DNA of 64,000 bases from an uncultured Methylophilaceae bacterium (GCA_903914945.1 CAIWQV010000015.1:10-64009); one strand, 5' to 3'. Counted from the stretch's first letter, positions 51,543 to 63,736 are shown. Notes: a model not told the origin generated them from the letters alone. Translations and numbers: made by a program.

Positions 51543-52265
51543 ATGTTTAAAGTTATAAAAATGCGTATATTCCTGCTTGTTTTAAGTCTTTTACTCACCG
51601 CGTGCTCTTCTTCATTGCCTTCTATTAAGCCTTATAAAATGCCGATTCAACAAGGCAATTTAGTGACCTCAAAAATGATGATGCAGTTAAAGCCAGGTAT
51701 GACAAAAACACAGGTACGTTTTGTGATGGGGACGCCTCTAATCACAGATAGTTTTCATAAAGACCAATGGGATTATTTTTATCAAATGGAAAAAGATGGT
51801 TCGATCATTGAAAAAAGAAGAGTCATCTTGATGTTTGAAAAAGATTTACTTGCGAAGGTAAAGGGTGATGTAGTTCCAGCCTCTGCATCAGGAGATAATT
51901 CAAATGAAGGGCGTCGAGAAGTAGTGCCTGTAAAAAATAATGAGAACAATCAACCGCCGGCACAAAAAGAAAAAAGCATGCTTGATCGATTAAAATTTTG
52001 GGAAGACGATGAAAAGCCATTAGAGAAAGTAATCCCTACTAAAAAAGAAGTGCCTATAGAAGAAAGAAAACTTGCAGATCCAGTGAAAGCAGCTGAGCCC
52101 GAGATGAAGAAACCTCAGGCTGAAGCAGCACCATCAAAAGTTGAAATGAAAAAAGAACCTGAGGTCAAAACCCCTGAGCCTGCAAAAATCGAAAATACGA
52201 AACCATTGCCTGCAGAAACTGATCCAAGTTACTTTGATTTAATGTTAGAAAAAATAGGATTCTAA
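51543..52265 (+). CDS. bamE: Outer membrane assembly lipoprotein BamE with long C-terminal extension
   Basis: Lipobox LTAC, IQQGN, GMTKTQVRFVMGTP and WDY motifs; alternative start at 51561. Confidence 0.9.
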   Translation: MFKVIKMRIFLLVLSLLLTACSSSLPSIKPYKMPIQQGNLVTSKMMMQLKPGMTKTQVRFVMGTPLITDSFHKDQWDYFYQMEKDGSIIEKRRVILMFEKDLLAKVKGDVVPASASGDNSNEGRREVVPVKNNENNQPPAQKEKSMLDRLKFWEDDEKPLEKVIPTKKEVPIEERKLADPVKAAEPEMKKPQAEAAPSKVEMKKEPEVKTPEPAKIENTKPLPAETDPSYFDLMLEKIGF

Positions 52266-52269
52266 TCAT

Positions 52270-53082
52270 ATGAGTAAAATAAATATTCTTATTGTAGGAG
52301 CCTCGGGTCGCATGGGCCAGAGTCTTATTCAGGAAATCTCTTTAGATAAAGAGTTAGTGCTTTTAGCAGCGATTGACCATAAGTCCAGCGATAAATTAGG
52401 ACGTGATGCTGGGGAAGCTATCGGAATAATAACGGGCGTTAAAATTGATCATGACATTGAAAAAGTCATTTCATCTGCGGACGTGCTCATTGATTTTACG
52501 AGACCTGAAGCGAGTATGGGCTATTTGAAATTATGCGAAACACATCATGTGAAATACGTCATTGGTACGACTGGATTTTCAGATCAAGAAAAGAAAATGA
52601 TCTTCGATACTTCAAAAAAAATACCTATTGTTTTTGCCCCCAACATGAGCGTGGGCGTTAATTTATTAATCTCACTTGTTGAAAAAGCAACTCAACTCTT
52701 GAAGGATGATTTTGATATTGAAATTATTGAAGCGCATCATCGACATAAAATTGATGCACCTTCAGGCACCGCCTTAAGATTAGGTGAGGCTGTTGCAAAA
52801 GCAAGCGGTAGGGATCTTAAAAAGGATGCGCAGTATGAGCGTTTTGGGAATACAGGCGAACGTAAGCAAACCACCATTGGCTTCTCAACCATTCGGGGCG
52901 GCGATATTGTGGGGGACCATACTGTGCTATACGCAGGCACAGGTGAACGTATCGAATTAACTCATAAGGCTTCTAGCCGCGCCACTTTCGCTAAAGGTGC
53001 GCTGAGGGCCGCTAAGTTTTTATCACATCAAAAAACAGGCCTTTTTGACATGCAAAAGGTCTTAGGGCTCACCGACACCTAA
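52270..53082 (+). CDS. dapB: 4-hydroxy-tetrahydrodipicolinate reductase
   Basis: GASGRMG, IDFT, GTTG and EAHHRHKIDAPSGTA motifs. Confidence 0.97.
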   Translation: MSKINILIVGASGRMGQSLIQEISLDKELVLLAAIDHKSSDKLGRDAGEAIGIITGVKIDHDIEKVISSADVLIDFTRPEASMGYLKLCETHHVKYVIGTTGFSDQEKKMIFDTSKKIPIVFAPNMSVGVNLLISLVEKATQLLKDDFDIEIIEAHHRHKIDAPSGTALRLGEAVAKASGRDLKKDAQYERFGNTGERKQTTIGFSTIRGGDIVGDHTVLYAGTGERIELTHKASSRATFAKGALRAAKFLSHQKTGLFDMQKVLGLTDT

Positions 53083-53106
53083 ACCCATTTATCGTGCTTT
53101 AGTGCG

Positions 53107-53135
53107 TTGAAATAAGGCGCTAAATCGACTATAAT
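53107..53135 (+). promoter_or_regulatory. Sigma-70 promoter of carAB
   Basis: TTGAAA-N17-TATAAT. Confidence 0.8.
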
Positions 53136-53140
53136 ATCTA

Positions 53141-53223
53141 GGATATTTGAAACGGGAGCTGTTAATAACTTCTCCCGTTTTGTATATCCAGTACCCAAAC
53201 CCTTGAATTCGCAAATACTGGAG
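53141..53223 (+). promoter_or_regulatory. Structured carA 5' leader (candidate attenuator or riboswitch)
   Basis: GGATAT/ATATCC encloses AAACGGGAG/CTCCCGTTT; an alternative helix TCCAGTA/TACTGGA overlaps SD GGAG. Confidence 0.6.
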
Positions 53224-53230
53224 AACCATT

Positions 53231-54379
53231 TTGTCGCGAAATATGTCGGCAGTGTTAGTGCTTGCAGACGGAACTAAGTTTCGAGGTATTTCAATTGGTG
53301 CCCCAGGTTTAACCGCAGGTGAAGTTGTTTTTAATACTTCCATGACAGGTTATCAAGAAATTCTGACCGACCCTTCATATACAAAACAGATCGTTACACT
53401 CACTTACCCTCATATTGGCAATGTAGGCGTCAATAAAGAAGATGTTGAATCTGACAAAGTCTATGTCAGTGGTTTAATCATTCGTGATTTAGCGATGACT
53501 GATAGTAACTTTAGAAGTGAGCAAACACTTTCTGAATATTTAAAAGCAAATCACATTGTTGCGATTGCTAATATTGATACAAGAAAACTCACAAGACACT
53601 TAAGAGAGCATGGCTCTCAAGCAGGTTGCATTATTGCTGAGTCAGAAGATGATCAAAAAGCACATCAGGAAGCTAAAGCCTTTCCTGGACTTTCTGGTAT
53701 GGATCTTGCAAAAGTGGTGAGCTGCAAAAAATCTTATACATTTAATCAGGGTGAGTGGGCATTATCTGCAGGATATAGCAACCACAAAGAATCTGATTAT
53801 CATGTTGTAGCATTTGATTACGGTATCAAGAAAAATATTTTAAGAATGTTAGTTTCAAGACGATGCAAAGTGACTGTGGTTCCTGCACAAACCAGCTATG
53901 AAGAAATTATTCGCTTAAAACCGGACGGCGTATTTTTATCGAATGGACCCGGAGACCCTGAGCCATGTGATTATGCAATCCATGCCATTCAAAAATTAGT
54001 GGATGATGGCTATCCAACTTTTGGGATATGTTTAGGACATCAACTTTTAGCCTTAGCGAGTGGCGCAAAAACATCGAAGATGAAATTCGGACATCATGGC
54101 GCTAATCACCCCGTCCAAGATTTAAAAACAAAACGCGTTTTTATTACTAGCCAAAATCATGGCTTCACTGTTGATCAAACATCATTACCTAAAAATTTAG
54201 TTGCCACACATCAATCTCTCTTTGATGGAAGTTTGCAAGGTATCGAAAGATCAGATCAGCCAGCCTTTAGCTTCCAAGGTCATCCTGAAGCAAGCCCAGG
54301 TCCTTCCGAAATGAGTTACCTGTTCGATCACTTCATTGATCTCATCGAAAAAAAGAAAAGTTATCATGCCAAAGCGTAA
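53231..54379 (+). CDS. carA: Carbamoyl-phosphate synthase small subunit
   Basis: [28 protein letters not shown] and [10 protein letters not shown] motifs. Confidence 0.98.
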   Translation: MSRNMSAVLVLADGTKFRGISIGAPGLTAGEVVFNTSMTGYQEILTDPSYTKQIVTLTYPHIGNVGVNKEDVESDKVYVSGLIIRDLAMTDSNFRSEQTLSEYLKANHIVAIANIDTRKLTRHLREHGSQAGCIIAESEDDQKAHQEAKAFPGLSGMDLAKVVSCKKSYTFNQGEWALSAGYSNHKESDYHVVAFDYGIKKNILRMLVSRRCKVTVVPAQTSYEEIIRLKPDGVFLSNGPGDPEPCDYAIHAIQKLVDDGYPTFGICLGHQLLALASGAKTSKMKFGHHGANHPVQDLKTKRVFITSQNHGFTVDQTSLPKNLVATHQSLFDGSLQGIERSDQPAFSFQGHPEASPGPSEMSYLFDHFIDLIEKKKSYHAKA

Positions 54380-57300
54380 AGATATTAAATCTATACTCAT
54401 CATCGGCGCAGGACCAATTGTCATTGGTCAGGCATGTGAGTTTGATTATTCTGGTGCGCAAGCATGTAAAGCTTTACGAGAAGAAGGCTATCGAGTCATC
54501 CTCGTAAATTCTAATCCTGCGACCATCATGACAGATCCTGAGATGGCTGATGCAACGTATATTGAGCCGATTAATTGGCAGATCGTTGAAAAGATTATTG
54601 CAAAAGAAAAACCAGATGCACTCCTTCCAACTATGGGTGGACAGACTGCACTTAATTGTGCGCTTGATTTAGATAAGTATGGCGTTCTAAAGAAATATAA
54701 AGTCGAATTGATTGGCGCATCAAAAGAAGCGATCGACAAGGCTGAAGATAGACAAAAATTTAAAGAGGCCATGACTAAAATTGGTTTGGGGTCTGCAAAG
54801 TCAGCCATTGCACATAGTCTTGAAGAAGCAATCCAAGTTCAAGCGGGCATTGGTTATCCAGCGATCATTCGTCCATCATTTACGATGGGGGGGAGTGGCG
54901 GCGGTATTGCATACAACCGTGAAGAATTTATGGCGATTTGTGAAAGAGGGCTTGAAGCGTCTCCTACCAAAGAACTTCTTATCGAAGAATCTTTACTTGG
55001 TTGGAAAGAGTATGAGATGGAAGTGGTTCGCGACTCGCAAGATAACTGCATTATTATTTGCTCCATTGAAAATTTAGACCCAATGGGTGTCCACACAGGC
55101 GACTCTATAACAGTCGCTCCTGCACAAACGCTTACCGATAAAGAATATCAAATCATGCGTAACGCATCGATTGCAGTACTTCGAGAGATTGGTGTTGATA
55201 CAGGCGGCTCTAATGTGCAGTTTGCAATCAATCCAAAAGATGGACGCATGATTGTGATTGAAATGAATCCGCGCGTATCACGCTCATCCGCATTAGCTTC
55301 TAAAGCCACCGGATTCCCCATTGCAAAAATTGCTGCAAAATTAGCAGTGGGTTTTACATTAGATGAATTAAGAAATGAAATTACAGGCGGTGCAACCCCA
55401 GCTTCTTTTGAGCCGAGTATAGATTACGTAGTCACCAAAGTGCCGCGATTTGCATTCGAAAAATTTCCACAAGCTGATTCAAGACTCACAACACAAATGA
55501 AATCTGTGGGTGAAGTCATGGCGATTGGAAGAACTTTCCAAGAGTCCTTTCAAAAAGCATTAAGAGGCCTTGAAATTGGCGTAGATGGTTTAGATGAAAA
55601 AACAACCGATCAAGATCTTATCATCAAAGAGATGAGAGAGCCGGGACCAGAGCGTATTTGGTATGTGGGTGATGCATTTAGATTAGGCATGTCAATTGAT
55701 GATGTGTTCGGACATTCCAATATTGACCCGTGGTTCCTCCATCAAATTAAAAATATTATTGATATCGAAAAAGATTTATCAGGGACATCGCTCAAAGATT
55801 TATCTAAAGAAAATTTGTTTCATTTAAAACAAAAAGGATTTTCTGATAGAAGACTCGCAACACTTTTAAAAGTAAAACAAGAAGACGTAAGAAATTATCG
55901 CCATAAACATCATGTGAGACCAGTCTATAAACGTGTAGATACCTGCGCGGCAGAATTTTCAACAAATACTGCTTATATGTATTCAACCTATGAAGAAGAA
56001 TGTGAAGCTAACCCTACCGATAGAAAAAAAATTATTGTCTTAGGTGGCGGACCGAATCGAATTGGTCAAGGTATTGAGTTTGATTATTGTTGTGTGCATG
56101 CAGCCTTAGCGTTACGTGAAGATGGTTATGAAACCATTATGGTGAATTGCAATCCTGAGACGGTGTCCACTGATTACGATACTTCAGATCGACTTTATTT
56201 TGAGCCAGTCACACTTGAGGATGTATTAGAAATTGTCGCTATTGAAAAACCATTTGGTGTCATTGTGCAATATGGTGGGCAAACACCTTTGAAGTTGGCT
56301 AAAGATTTAGAAAAAGCAGGTGTACCTATTATCGGCACGACACCTGATGCGATAGATATGGCTGAAGATCGTGAGCGTTTCCAAAAAATGCTGCAAGCGA
56401 TTAACTTAAAACAGCCACCTAATCGCACAGCGAGAACACCTGAAGATGCAATTCGTTTAGCTGAAGATATTGGGTACCCACTTGTGGTGAGACCTAGTTA
56501 TGTTTTAGGTGGTCGTGCAATGGAGATTGTGCATGAACAAGCGCAGCTTGAAAGGTACATGAGGGAAGCAGTCAAAGTCTCACATGAGTCTCCAGTGCTT
56601 CTTGATCGATTCTTAAATGATGCACTTGAGGTGGATGTCGATGCTCTATCAGATGGTACCGATGTCATCATTGGCGGCATCATGGAGCATATCGAACAGG
56701 CAGGTGTACATTCAGGCGACTCAGCGTGCTCTCTTCCTCCTTATAGTTTGTCTAAAAAAATTCAAGATCAATTAAGGAAACAAACAGTTGAGATGGCAAA
56801 AGCGCTTAACGTTGTCGGGCTTATGAATGTGCAATTTGCAATTCAAGGCGATGTGATTTATGTTTTAGAAGTTAACCCAAGAGCTTCTCGAACTGTTCCT
56901 TTTGTGTCTAAGGCATGCGGACTTCAGTTAGCTAAAATTGCAGCACGCGCTATGGTGGGTATGAGCCTCAAATCACAGAAAGTCACTAAAGAAATTGTGC
57001 CTACATTTTTCTCTGTCAAAGAGGCTGTATTTCCCTTTATTAAATTTCCAGGTGTCGATACGATTTTAGGGCCTGAAATGAAATCAACAGGCGAAGTGAT
57101 GGGCTTAGGAAAAACATTTGCAGAAGCTTTTATTAAATCTCAATTGGGCTCATCAACAAAATTACCTAAAGATGGAAAAGCTTTTATCAGTGTGCGTCGT
57201 GAAGATCATCATAAAGTTGTTGAGATTGCAAAGTCATTAGATAAATTAGGTTTTCAGATCGTTGCTACAAAAGGTACTGCAAAAGCCTTGATGGATGCAG

Positions 57301-57569
57301 GCCTCAATGTTGTGCCTATCAATAAAGTGGCAGAAGGCAGACCTCATATTGTTGACATGATTAAAAATAATGAGATTTCTTTTATTGTGAATGTGACAGA
57401 AGATAAGCGTGCGATTTCAGACTCTTATGAGATCCGCAGATTTGCCTTACAAAATAAGGTAACTTATTACACGACGATTGCAGGTGCTAAAGCTGCATGT
57501 ATTGGCATGAACTTTGTCGAAGAGATTTCAGTGAATTCCATCCAAAGCTTGCATAAAGAACTCAGTTAA
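54366..57569 (+). CDS. carB: Carbamoyl-phosphate synthase large subunit
   Basis: MPKRKDI start, [10 protein letters not shown], duplicated ATP-grasp domains, MKSTGEVM. Confidence 0.98.
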   Translation: MPKRKDIKSILIIGAGPIVIGQACEFDYSGAQACKALREEGYRVILVNSNPATIMTDPEMADATYIEPINWQIVEKIIAKEKPDALLPTMGGQTALNCALDLDKYGVLKKYKVELIGASKEAIDKAEDRQKFKEAMTKIGLGSAKSAIAHSLEEAIQVQAGIGYPAIIRPSFTMGGSGGGIAYNREEFMAICERGLEASPTKELLIEESLLGWKEYEMEVVRDSQDNCIIICSIENLDPMGVHTGDSITVAPAQTLTDKEYQIMRNASIAVLREIGVDTGGSNVQFAINPKDGRMIVIEMNPRVSRSSALASKATGFPIAKIAAKLAVGFTLDELRNEITGGATPASFEPSIDYVVTKVPRFAFEKFPQADSRLTTQMKSVGEVMAIGRTFQESFQKALRGLEIGVDGLDEKTTDQDLIIKEMREPGPERIWYVGDAFRLGMSIDDVFGHSNIDPWFLHQIKNIIDIEKDLSGTSLKDLSKENLFHLKQKGFSDRRLATLLKVKQEDVRNYRHKHHVRPVYKRVDTCAAEFSTNTAYMYSTYEEECEANPTDRKKIIVLGGGPNRIGQGIEFDYCCVHAALALREDGYETIMVNCNPETVSTDYDTSDRLYFEPVTLEDVLEIVAIEKPFGVIVQYGGQTPLKLAKDLEKAGVPIIGTTPDAIDMAEDRERFQKMLQAINLKQPPNRTARTPEDAIRLAEDIGYPLVVRPSYVLGGRAMEIVHEQAQLERYMREAVKVSHESPVLLDRFLNDALEVDVDALSDGTDVIIGGIMEHIEQAGVHSGDSACSLPPYSLSKKIQDQLRKQTVEMAKALNVVGLMNVQFAIQGDVIYVLEVNPRASRTVPFVSKACGLQLAKIAARAMVGMSLKSQKVTKEIVPTFFSVKEAVFPFIKFPGVDTILGPEMKSTGEVMGLGKTFAEAFIKSQLGSSTKLPKDGKAFISVRREDHHKVVEIAKSLDKLGFQIVATKGTAKALMDAGLNVVPINKVAEGRPHIVDMIKNNEISFIVNVTEDKRAISDSYEIRRFALQNKVTYYTTIAGAKAACIGMNFVEEISVNSIQSLHKELS

Positions 57570-57577
57570 AATACACT
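57549..57577 (+). promoter_or_regulatory. Putative sigma-70 promoter of greA overlapping the carB stop
   Basis: TTGCAT-N17-TACACT. Confidence 0.6.
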
Positions 57578-57587
57578 CAATTTTTAT

Positions 57588-57624
57588 AAACCACACTCCA
57601 TCTAAAGAGCGTGGTTTTTGTTTT
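57588..57624 (+). terminator. Terminator/attenuator between carB and greA
   Basis: AAACCAC-aCTC...GAGc-GTGGTTT followed by TTGTTTT. Confidence 0.65.
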
Positions 57625-57637
57625 AATAGGAATGAAC

Positions 57638-58117
57638 ATGCTCAAACAAATACCCATGACCATTAAAGGCGCTGAACAGCTTAAAGAAGAGCTCCAACGC
57701 TTAAAAAGTGTTGATCGCCCCAATATTATTCAAGCAATTTCAGAAGCAAGAGCGCAAGGTGACTTATCTGAAAATGCTGAATATGAATCTGCTAAAGAAC
57801 GTCAAAGTTTTATTGAGGGCCGCATAGCAGAAATTGAAGCTAAACTTTCTACTGCCATGGTAATTGACCCTTCTTCGATTGTAGGCGAAACTCAATGTGT
57901 ATTTGGTTCAACTGTTGAAGCTCAAGATCTTGATACTGAAGATGTCTTAATCTACCAAATAGTAGGTGACGATGAAGCTGATATTAAAAATAAAAAGATT
58001 TCAATCAATTCGCCTATTGCAAAAGCATTTATTGGTAAAGCAGTAGGTGATATTGCTGAAGTGAATACACCTGGCGGTGCTAAGTCTTATGAAATATTAG
58101 ATATAAAGTATCTATAA
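57638..58117 (+). CDS. greA: Transcription elongation factor GreA
   Basis: GDLSENAEY and ISINSPIA motifs; ATG 57638 follows SD AGGA. Confidence 0.97.
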   Translation: MLKQIPMTIKGAEQLKEELQRLKSVDRPNIIQAISEARAQGDLSENAEYESAKERQSFIEGRIAEIEAKLSTAMVIDPSSIVGETQCVFGSTVEAQDLDTEDVLIYQIVGDDEADIKNKKISINSPIAKAFIGKAVGDIAEVNTPGGAKSYEILDIKYL

Positions 58118-58151
58118 ATTAATCCTAAATTTGTATTAAACTAAAAACACT

Positions 58152-58598
58152 ATGAAACAGTGGTTAGAAAATTTAGCAGTCATTACCGCAACCTTTTGGA
58201 TAGGTGGTTTATGGGTTGTGGGTTTTGTGGCGTATGAATTATTTAAAATGATTCCTGAGGCTCAACTCGCAGGCAATATTGCAGGGCAGCTTTTCAAAAT
58301 GATGGCTTACGTAGGTATGGCAAGTAGCATCTACTTACTCATTCAGCGCGTTTATCAGTATGGGACGAATGCATTAAAACAAGGTTTTTTCTGGCTTATC
58401 TTACTCATGCTTATTTTGATTCTTGTAAGTCATTTAGGTATTAACCCACTTTTAGAAAAATTTAAATTAGAAGCGATGCCAAAGGATGTGATGGAAAGTG
58501 TATTTGCGGATCGATTTTCCACATGGCATGGCATTTCAAGTATTGCTTATTTGCTTGAATGTTTCTTAGGCGTTTTTGCGATACTAAAAATTAGATAA
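58152..58598 (+). CDS. DUF4149-like membrane protein
   Basis: Four TM helices, AGNIAGQLF and F..WHGISS motifs; conserved neighbour of greA and yhbY in betaproteobacteria. Confidence 0.75.
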   Translation: MKQWLENLAVITATFWIGGLWVVGFVAYELFKMIPEAQLAGNIAGQLFKMMAYVGMASSIYLLIQRVYQYGTNALKQGFFWLILLMLILILVSHLGINPLLEKFKLEAMPKDVMESVFADRFSTWHGISSIAYLLECFLGVFAILKIR

Positions 58599-58886
58599 TT
58601 ACTTAGGCAGCATAATCTTAGGTTCAGTTGCCGCGCGATAAACAATGACTTGCAGACCGATATGATGCACGGCTGTTGCTTTAAGTGCCTCACATATTTC
58701 ACTTAACATTGATTCTCGAACTGACCGATCATCATTTTGGATTTTAATTTTAATCAACTCATGAGCATTAAGATTAAGATCAATTTCTTTGAGCACAGTG
58801 GGCGATAAACCCTTATTGCCAATTCTTACTACTGGATTTAATGTGTGGGCTAAGCTTCGAAGGTATGCAATGGCTTTTGAGTTCAA
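58599..58886 (-). CDS. yhbY: CRM-domain RNA-binding protein YhbY
   Basis: LRSLAHTLNPVVRIG, HELIKIK and HIG...IVYR motifs; start re-placed at TTG 58886. Confidence 0.9.
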   Translation of the reverse strand: MNSKAIAYLRSLAHTLNPVVRIGNKGLSPTVLKEIDLNLNAHELIKIKIQNDDRSVRESMLSEICEALKATAVHHIGLQVIVYRAATEPKIMLPK

Positions 58887-58924
58887 AATGAAGGAATTCG
58901 TTGATAAAGAATCGATTTTAACAG

Positions 58925-59542
58925 ATGAAAAGAACAAGAACTAGTAAGGCTTGGATGCAAGAGCATGTCAATGATGCTTTCGTCAAACAAGCACAAAAAG
59001 ACGGCTTTCGATCAAGAGCTGCATATAAACTCATGGAAATACATGAGAAATATCGTCTCATTAAGCCTGGTATGAATGTCGTGGATTTAGGCTCCACTCC
59101 AGGCAGTTGGTCTCAAGTGGTCTCAAAACTCTTACAAGGTAATGGCCATATTATTGCTATGGATTTGTTGCCTATGGACCCTATTCCTAGGGTTGATTTC
59201 ATCCAAGGCGACTTCAGAGAAGAGGCCCCCTTAAGGGAGCTGGAAAGCTACTTAAATAATTCACCGATAGACCTTGTAATTTCAGATATGGCACCCAATA
59301 TTACAGGTATCAAGACAGTTGATCAGCCGGGTGCGATGTACTTAACCGAGCTTGCTTTAGACTTTTCTTTGAAATGGTTGAAACCAGGCGGCCATTTCCT
59401 TGTCAAAACCTTTATCGGCGCTGACTTTGACGAATTAGTTAAAAAGATGCGTCCTGAATTTGAAAAAGTGATCACAGTGAAGCCTAAAGCATCCCGTGAT
59501 CGAAGTAGTGAAGTTTATTTGCTAGGTTTTGCAAAAGCTTAA
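58925..59542 (+). CDS. rlmE: 23S rRNA Um2552 methyltransferase
   Basis: RSRAAYKL, DLGSTPGSWSQ, SDMAPN and KPKASR..SSE motifs. Confidence 0.96.
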   Translation: MKRTRTSKAWMQEHVNDAFVKQAQKDGFRSRAAYKLMEIHEKYRLIKPGMNVVDLGSTPGSWSQVVSKLLQGNGHIIAMDLLPMDPIPRVDFIQGDFREEAPLRELESYLNNSPIDLVISDMAPNITGIKTVDQPGAMYLTELALDFSLKWLKPGGHFLVKTFIGADFDELVKKMRPEFEKVITVKPKASRDRSSEVYLLGFAKA

Positions 59543-59616
59543 AAAGTCATAAAGAAGTATAAGAATTAGGTTTAAAATTAAATGATTAAATTACATGATA
59601 CGAGGTCATCCATCAA

Positions 59617-61512
59617 TTGAATAACAACACACTAAAAAGCATTGCCATCTGGGTTGCGATCGCACTTATTCTCATGACAATTTTTAATCAGTTTTCAGGG
59701 ACATCGAAAACTGAAACATCACTCGTCTACTCTCAATTTATGGAACAAGTTAAAGAAGGCAAAATTGCCAAAGTTGAAATTGATAATCACAAAATTAAAG
59801 GTACGACGAGCGAGGGCAAGAAATTTAATACATATGCTCCCACAGACCCTTGGTTGGTATCTGATCTTTTAAAAAATAATGTTGTCGTTGAAGCTAAACC
59901 TGAAGAGCAACAATCGGTGTTGATGAGTATTTTTATTTCATGGTTCCCGATGATTCTTTTAGTAGGCGTGTGGATATTCTTTATGCGTCAAATGCAAGGC
60001 GGCTCCAAAGGCGGCGGCCCATTTTCATTTGGTAAAAGCAAAGCAAGACAACTTGATCAAACTAATAACCAAACAACCTTTGCTGATGTCGCAGGATGTG
60101 ATGAAGCTAAAGAAGAAGTCACAGAAATTGTTGAGTTCCTAAAAGATCCAGGCAAATTTCATAAATTAGGTGGCCGAATACCGCGAGGTGTGCTCATGGT
60201 GGGACCTCCAGGTACAGGTAAAACTTTATTAGCGCGAGCGATTGCAGGCGAAGCTAAAGTTCCTTTCTATACCATTTCAGGATCTGATTTCGTAGAAATG
60301 TTTGTAGGTGTGGGTGCTGCTCGAGTGCGTGATATGTTTGAGCAAGCTAAAAAAAGCGCACCATGCATTATTTTCATTGATGAAATTGATGCGGTAGGTC
60401 GCCATCGTGGTCAAGGTACAGGGGGCGGCAATGATGAGCGCGAGCAAACACTTAATCAACTTTTAGTTGAGCTTGATGGCTTTGAACCGAACTCAGGTGT
60501 CATTGTGATTGCGGCGACGAATCGTGCCGATGTGCTTGATAAGGCACTCTTACGCCCAGGACGTTTTGATCGACAAGTGATGGTCTCGCTTCCTGATATT
60601 AAAGGTCGCGAAGAAATTCTATTGGTCCACATGAGAAAAATTCCAGCAGACCCTGATGTGAAGGCAAGCATTATTGCCAGAGGCACACCTGGTTTTTCAG
60701 GCGCAGACTTAGCTAATCTTGTGAATGAGTCAGCATTATTTGCAGCACGTCGCAATAAACGTACAGTCGATATGCAGGATTTTGAAGACGCTAAAGATAA
60801 AATCTTTATGGGCCCTGAAAGAAAGTCGCTCGTGATGAGAGAAGAAGAGCGTATGAATACGGCTTACCATGAATCTGGTCATGCAGTGGTAGCAAAACTA
60901 TTACCACATGCTGACCCTGTTCATAAAGTAACCATCATGCCTCGCGGCTGGGCGTTGGGACTTACATGGCAATTACCTGAGTTTGATCGTATCAGTAATT
61001 ACAAGAATAAGATGTTAGAAGAGATCTCAATTCTATTTGGCGGACGTATTGCTGAAGAAGTCTTTATGAAGCAAATGTCGACAGGTGCATCGAATGATTT
61101 TGAGCGTGCTACAAAATTAGCACGAGACATGGTAACGCGTTACGGTATGTCAGATAAATTAGGTACGATGGTATATGTTGGACAAGATCAGGACTCTTTC
61201 TTTGGTGCTATGTCATCTAAAACAATTTCTGAAGCCACACAACAAAAAGTGGATGCTGAGATTCGACGAATTCTTGATGAGCAATATAGTGTCGCTAGAA
61301 AACTGCTCGAAAAAAATCGTCGAAAAGTTGAGGCTATGGCAAAAGCGCTGCTCGAATATGAAACGATTGATGCCGATCAGATTAATGACATTATGGCGGG
61401 TAAAAAAGTACGACCGCCAAAGCCTAAGCAAACACCTAACCCACCTAAGATTGACAAAGGATCGTCAGGTACTAAGGTAGCCGTGGTTCCTCAACCGAGC
61501 GCTAAAGGCTAA
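59617..61512 (+). CDS. ftsH: ATP-dependent zinc metalloprotease FtsH
   Basis: Two TM helices, [15 protein letters not shown] and HESGH motifs. Confidence 0.98.
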   Translation: MNNNTLKSIAIWVAIALILMTIFNQFSGTSKTETSLVYSQFMEQVKEGKIAKVEIDNHKIKGTTSEGKKFNTYAPTDPWLVSDLLKNNVVVEAKPEEQQSVLMSIFISWFPMILLVGVWIFFMRQMQGGSKGGGPFSFGKSKARQLDQTNNQTTFADVAGCDEAKEEVTEIVEFLKDPGKFHKLGGRIPRGVLMVGPPGTGKTLLARAIAGEAKVPFYTISGSDFVEMFVGVGAARVRDMFEQAKKSAPCIIFIDEIDAVGRHRGQGTGGGNDEREQTLNQLLVELDGFEPNSGVIVIAATNRADVLDKALLRPGRFDRQVMVSLPDIKGREEILLVHMRKIPADPDVKASIIARGTPGFSGADLANLVNESALFAARRNKRTVDMQDFEDAKDKIFMGPERKSLVMREEERMNTAYHESGHAVVAKLLPHADPVHKVTIMPRGWALGLTWQLPEFDRISNYKNKMLEEISILFGGRIAEEVFMKQMSTGASNDFERATKLARDMVTRYGMSDKLGTMVYVGQDQDSFFGAMSSKTISEATQQKVDAEIRRILDEQYSVARKLLEKNRRKVEAMAKALLEYETIDADQINDIMAGKKVRPPKPKQTPNPPKIDKGSSGTKVAVVPQPSAKG

Positions 61513-61520
61513 ATGAAATC

Positions 61521-61550
61521 AAGGCTAGTTCATCTAGCCTTTGTTTTTTT
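61521..61550 (+). terminator. Intrinsic terminator after ftsH
   Basis: AAGGCTAG-ttcat-CTAGCCTT followed by TGTTTTTTT. Confidence 0.8.
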
Positions 61551-61553
61551 ATC

Positions 61554-62381
61554 ATGCTTCAATTAAATAAACATTCCTATGATTTAAATCGCCCGCTTGT
61601 TATGGGTATTTTAAATATCACACCTGATTCATTTTCAGACGGCGGTCAATACCTAGATTTCGATCAAGCTTTAAAACGCGGTGAAACAATGATTGAAGAG
61701 GGTGCAGACATCATCGACATTGGTGGAGAGTCCACCCGGCCTGGATCAGATCCCGTAAGTGTGGATGAAGAGTTAAAACGCATTTCACCTGTCATCAAGG
61801 CTTTAAAAAAACATTCCAACATTGTAATTTCCGTAGACACATATAAACCCAGAGTCATGGAGCAAGTCATTGATATGGGCGTTGCGATGATTAATGATGT
61901 GTTCGCATTACAGCAACCAGGCGCTATCGATGTCATTAAAAAATCGAATGTAGGTATCTGCTTAATGCATATGCAAGGCACACCTAAGACAATGCAACTT
62001 AATCCAACTTATCAAGACGTTGTGAATGAAGTGAAATTATTTTTAGAAGAACGCACAAATAGTTTGATAGCGGAAGGTATTCAAACTGAACGCATTATCT
62101 TGGACCCAGGATTTGGCTTCGGAAAAACATTTGAGCACAATATGTCCCTCCTACAAAATCTTGAATCATTTCAGACTTTAAAATTCCCTCTTCTTGTAGG
62201 TCTTTCCAGAAAATCATTTATCCGAAAAATTTTAAGCGGTGATCACGACGATCATTTATCAGGCAGTGTTTCTGCGGCTATCCTTTCCATACTAAAAGGC
62301 GCTAAAATAGTGCGAGTCCATGATGTAAAAGAAACACAAAGCGCTATTAAGATTATGCAAATAGCTCAAGGCAAAATTTAA
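61554..62381 (+). CDS. folP: Dihydropteroate synthase
   Basis: [37 protein letters not shown] and RVHDV motifs. Confidence 0.97.
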   Translation: MLQLNKHSYDLNRPLVMGILNITPDSFSDGGQYLDFDQALKRGETMIEEGADIIDIGGESTRPGSDPVSVDEELKRISPVIKALKKHSNIVISVDTYKPRVMEQVIDMGVAMINDVFALQQPGAIDVIKKSNVGICLMHMQGTPKTMQLNPTYQDVVNEVKLFLEERTNSLIAEGIQTERIILDPGFGFGKTFEHNMSLLQNLESFQTLKFPLLVGLSRKSFIRKILSGDHDDHLSGSVSAAILSILKGAKIVRVHDVKETQSAIKIMQIAQGKI

Positions 62382-62383
62382 AT

Positions 62384-63736
62384 ATGACAAGACAGTTTTT
62401 TGGAACAGATGGTATTCGAGGTGTGGTCGGCCAAGATCCTATTACGCCTGATTTTTTTATCCGTCTAGGTTTCGCGATTGGGTCAATCTTAGTCAAAAAT
62501 AATACTGATAAAAAGATGAAGCACCCAAGTGTTGTCATTGGTAAAGATACGAGGGTGTCAGGGTATATGTTAGAGTCAGCGCTTGAAGCAGGTTTTATTG
62601 CAGCTGGCGTTGATGTTTATTTAACTGGACCTATGCCAACCCCAGCAATTGCTTATCTTACAAAAGCATTAAGATCACAAGCAGGCATTGTTATTTCCGC
62701 ATCCCATAATCCATTTCCTGACAACGGTATTAAGATTTTTTCTGAAGCCGGTGAAAAATTACCTGACGCATTTGAAACAGAAGTTGAGTTAGCTTTAAAT
62801 CAATCTATTAAAACTGTTTTACCTCATGAACTCGGAAAAGCAAAGCGTGTGGATGATGCTGAAGGCCGATACGTAGAATTTTGTAAAAGCACATTCCCAG
62901 AAAAACTTAATCTTCGTGGATTTAAAATAGTCCTCGATTGCGCGCATGGCGCAACGTATCGCGTTGCCCCTAAAATATTCTCTGAGCTTGGCGCTGAAGT
63001 CATCACAATAGGTAATGAACCTGATGGATTTAATATTAACTTAGATGTGGGTTCCACCCATCCAAAAACGATCAAAGAAGCTACCCTAAAACATAAAGCA
63101 GATTTAGGTATCGCCTTTGATGGCGATGGCGATCGTGTTGTTATGATCGATCATTTAGGACACATTGTGGATGGCGATCAACTTGTATTAGTCATTGCGC
63201 GAGCCCTTCAACAAAAAAATCAATTAAAAGGTGGTGTTGTTGGAACGCTCATGACAAATATGGCGATTGAAAAAGCGCTAGATGATTTAAGCATAGAATT
63301 TGTAAGAACCCATGTGGGCGATCGTTATGTATTAGAAACCTTACTTGAAAAAGGTTGGTCGATTGGTGGCGAAAATTCAGGTCATATATTAACTCTTGAT
63401 CAGCATTCGACCGGGGACGCTATTATTGCGTCTCTACAAGTTTTAAAATCATTACGACTTTTGAATCAATCACTTCATGACGCCACTAAAGACTCACCGC
63501 TTTATCCTCAAGTGCTAATAAACGTTGAGACAAACAAAAAAATTGATCTAGAAAATAATAAATCAATTCAAGATGCTATTAAAAACGTAGAGTCTAAATT
63601 AAATGACAAAGGTCGAGTTCTTTTAAGACCCTCTGGGACAGAACCTAAGATTCGTGTGATGGTGGAAGGCGAAGACTTGGAAGCCGTAAAAAATTACGCT
63701 AAATTTATTGCGGACAAAGTGAAAGAAATCGCTTAA
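62384..63736 (+). CDS. glmM: Phosphoglucosamine mutase
   Basis: [28 protein letters not shown] and RPSGTEP motifs. Confidence 0.97.
   Translation: MTRQFFGTDGIRGVVGQDPITPDFFIRLGFAIGSILVKNNTDKKMKHPSVVIGKDTRVSGYMLESALEAGFIAAGVDVYLTGPMPTPAIAYLTKALRSQAGIVISASHNPFPDNGIKIFSEAGEKLPDAFETEVELALNQSIKTVLPHELGKAKRVDDAEGRYVEFCKSTFPEKLNLRGFKIVLDCAHGATYRVAPKIFSELGAEVITIGNEPDGFNINLDVGSTHPKTIKEATLKHKADLGIAFDGDGDRVVMIDHLGHIVDGDQLVLVIARALQQKNQLKGGVVGTLMTNMAIEKALDDLSIEFVRTHVGDRYVLETLLEKGWSIGGENSGHILTLDQHSTGDAIIASLQVLKSLRLLNQSLHDATKDSPLYPQVLINVETNKKIDLENNKSIQDAIKNVESKLNDKGRVLLRPSGTEPKIRVMVEGEDLEAVKNYAKFIADKVKEIA

Noticed and set aside
53089-53343. 84 aa minus-strand ORF over the carA leader
   Set aside because: Antisense to carA and its promoter, with no recognisable protein features
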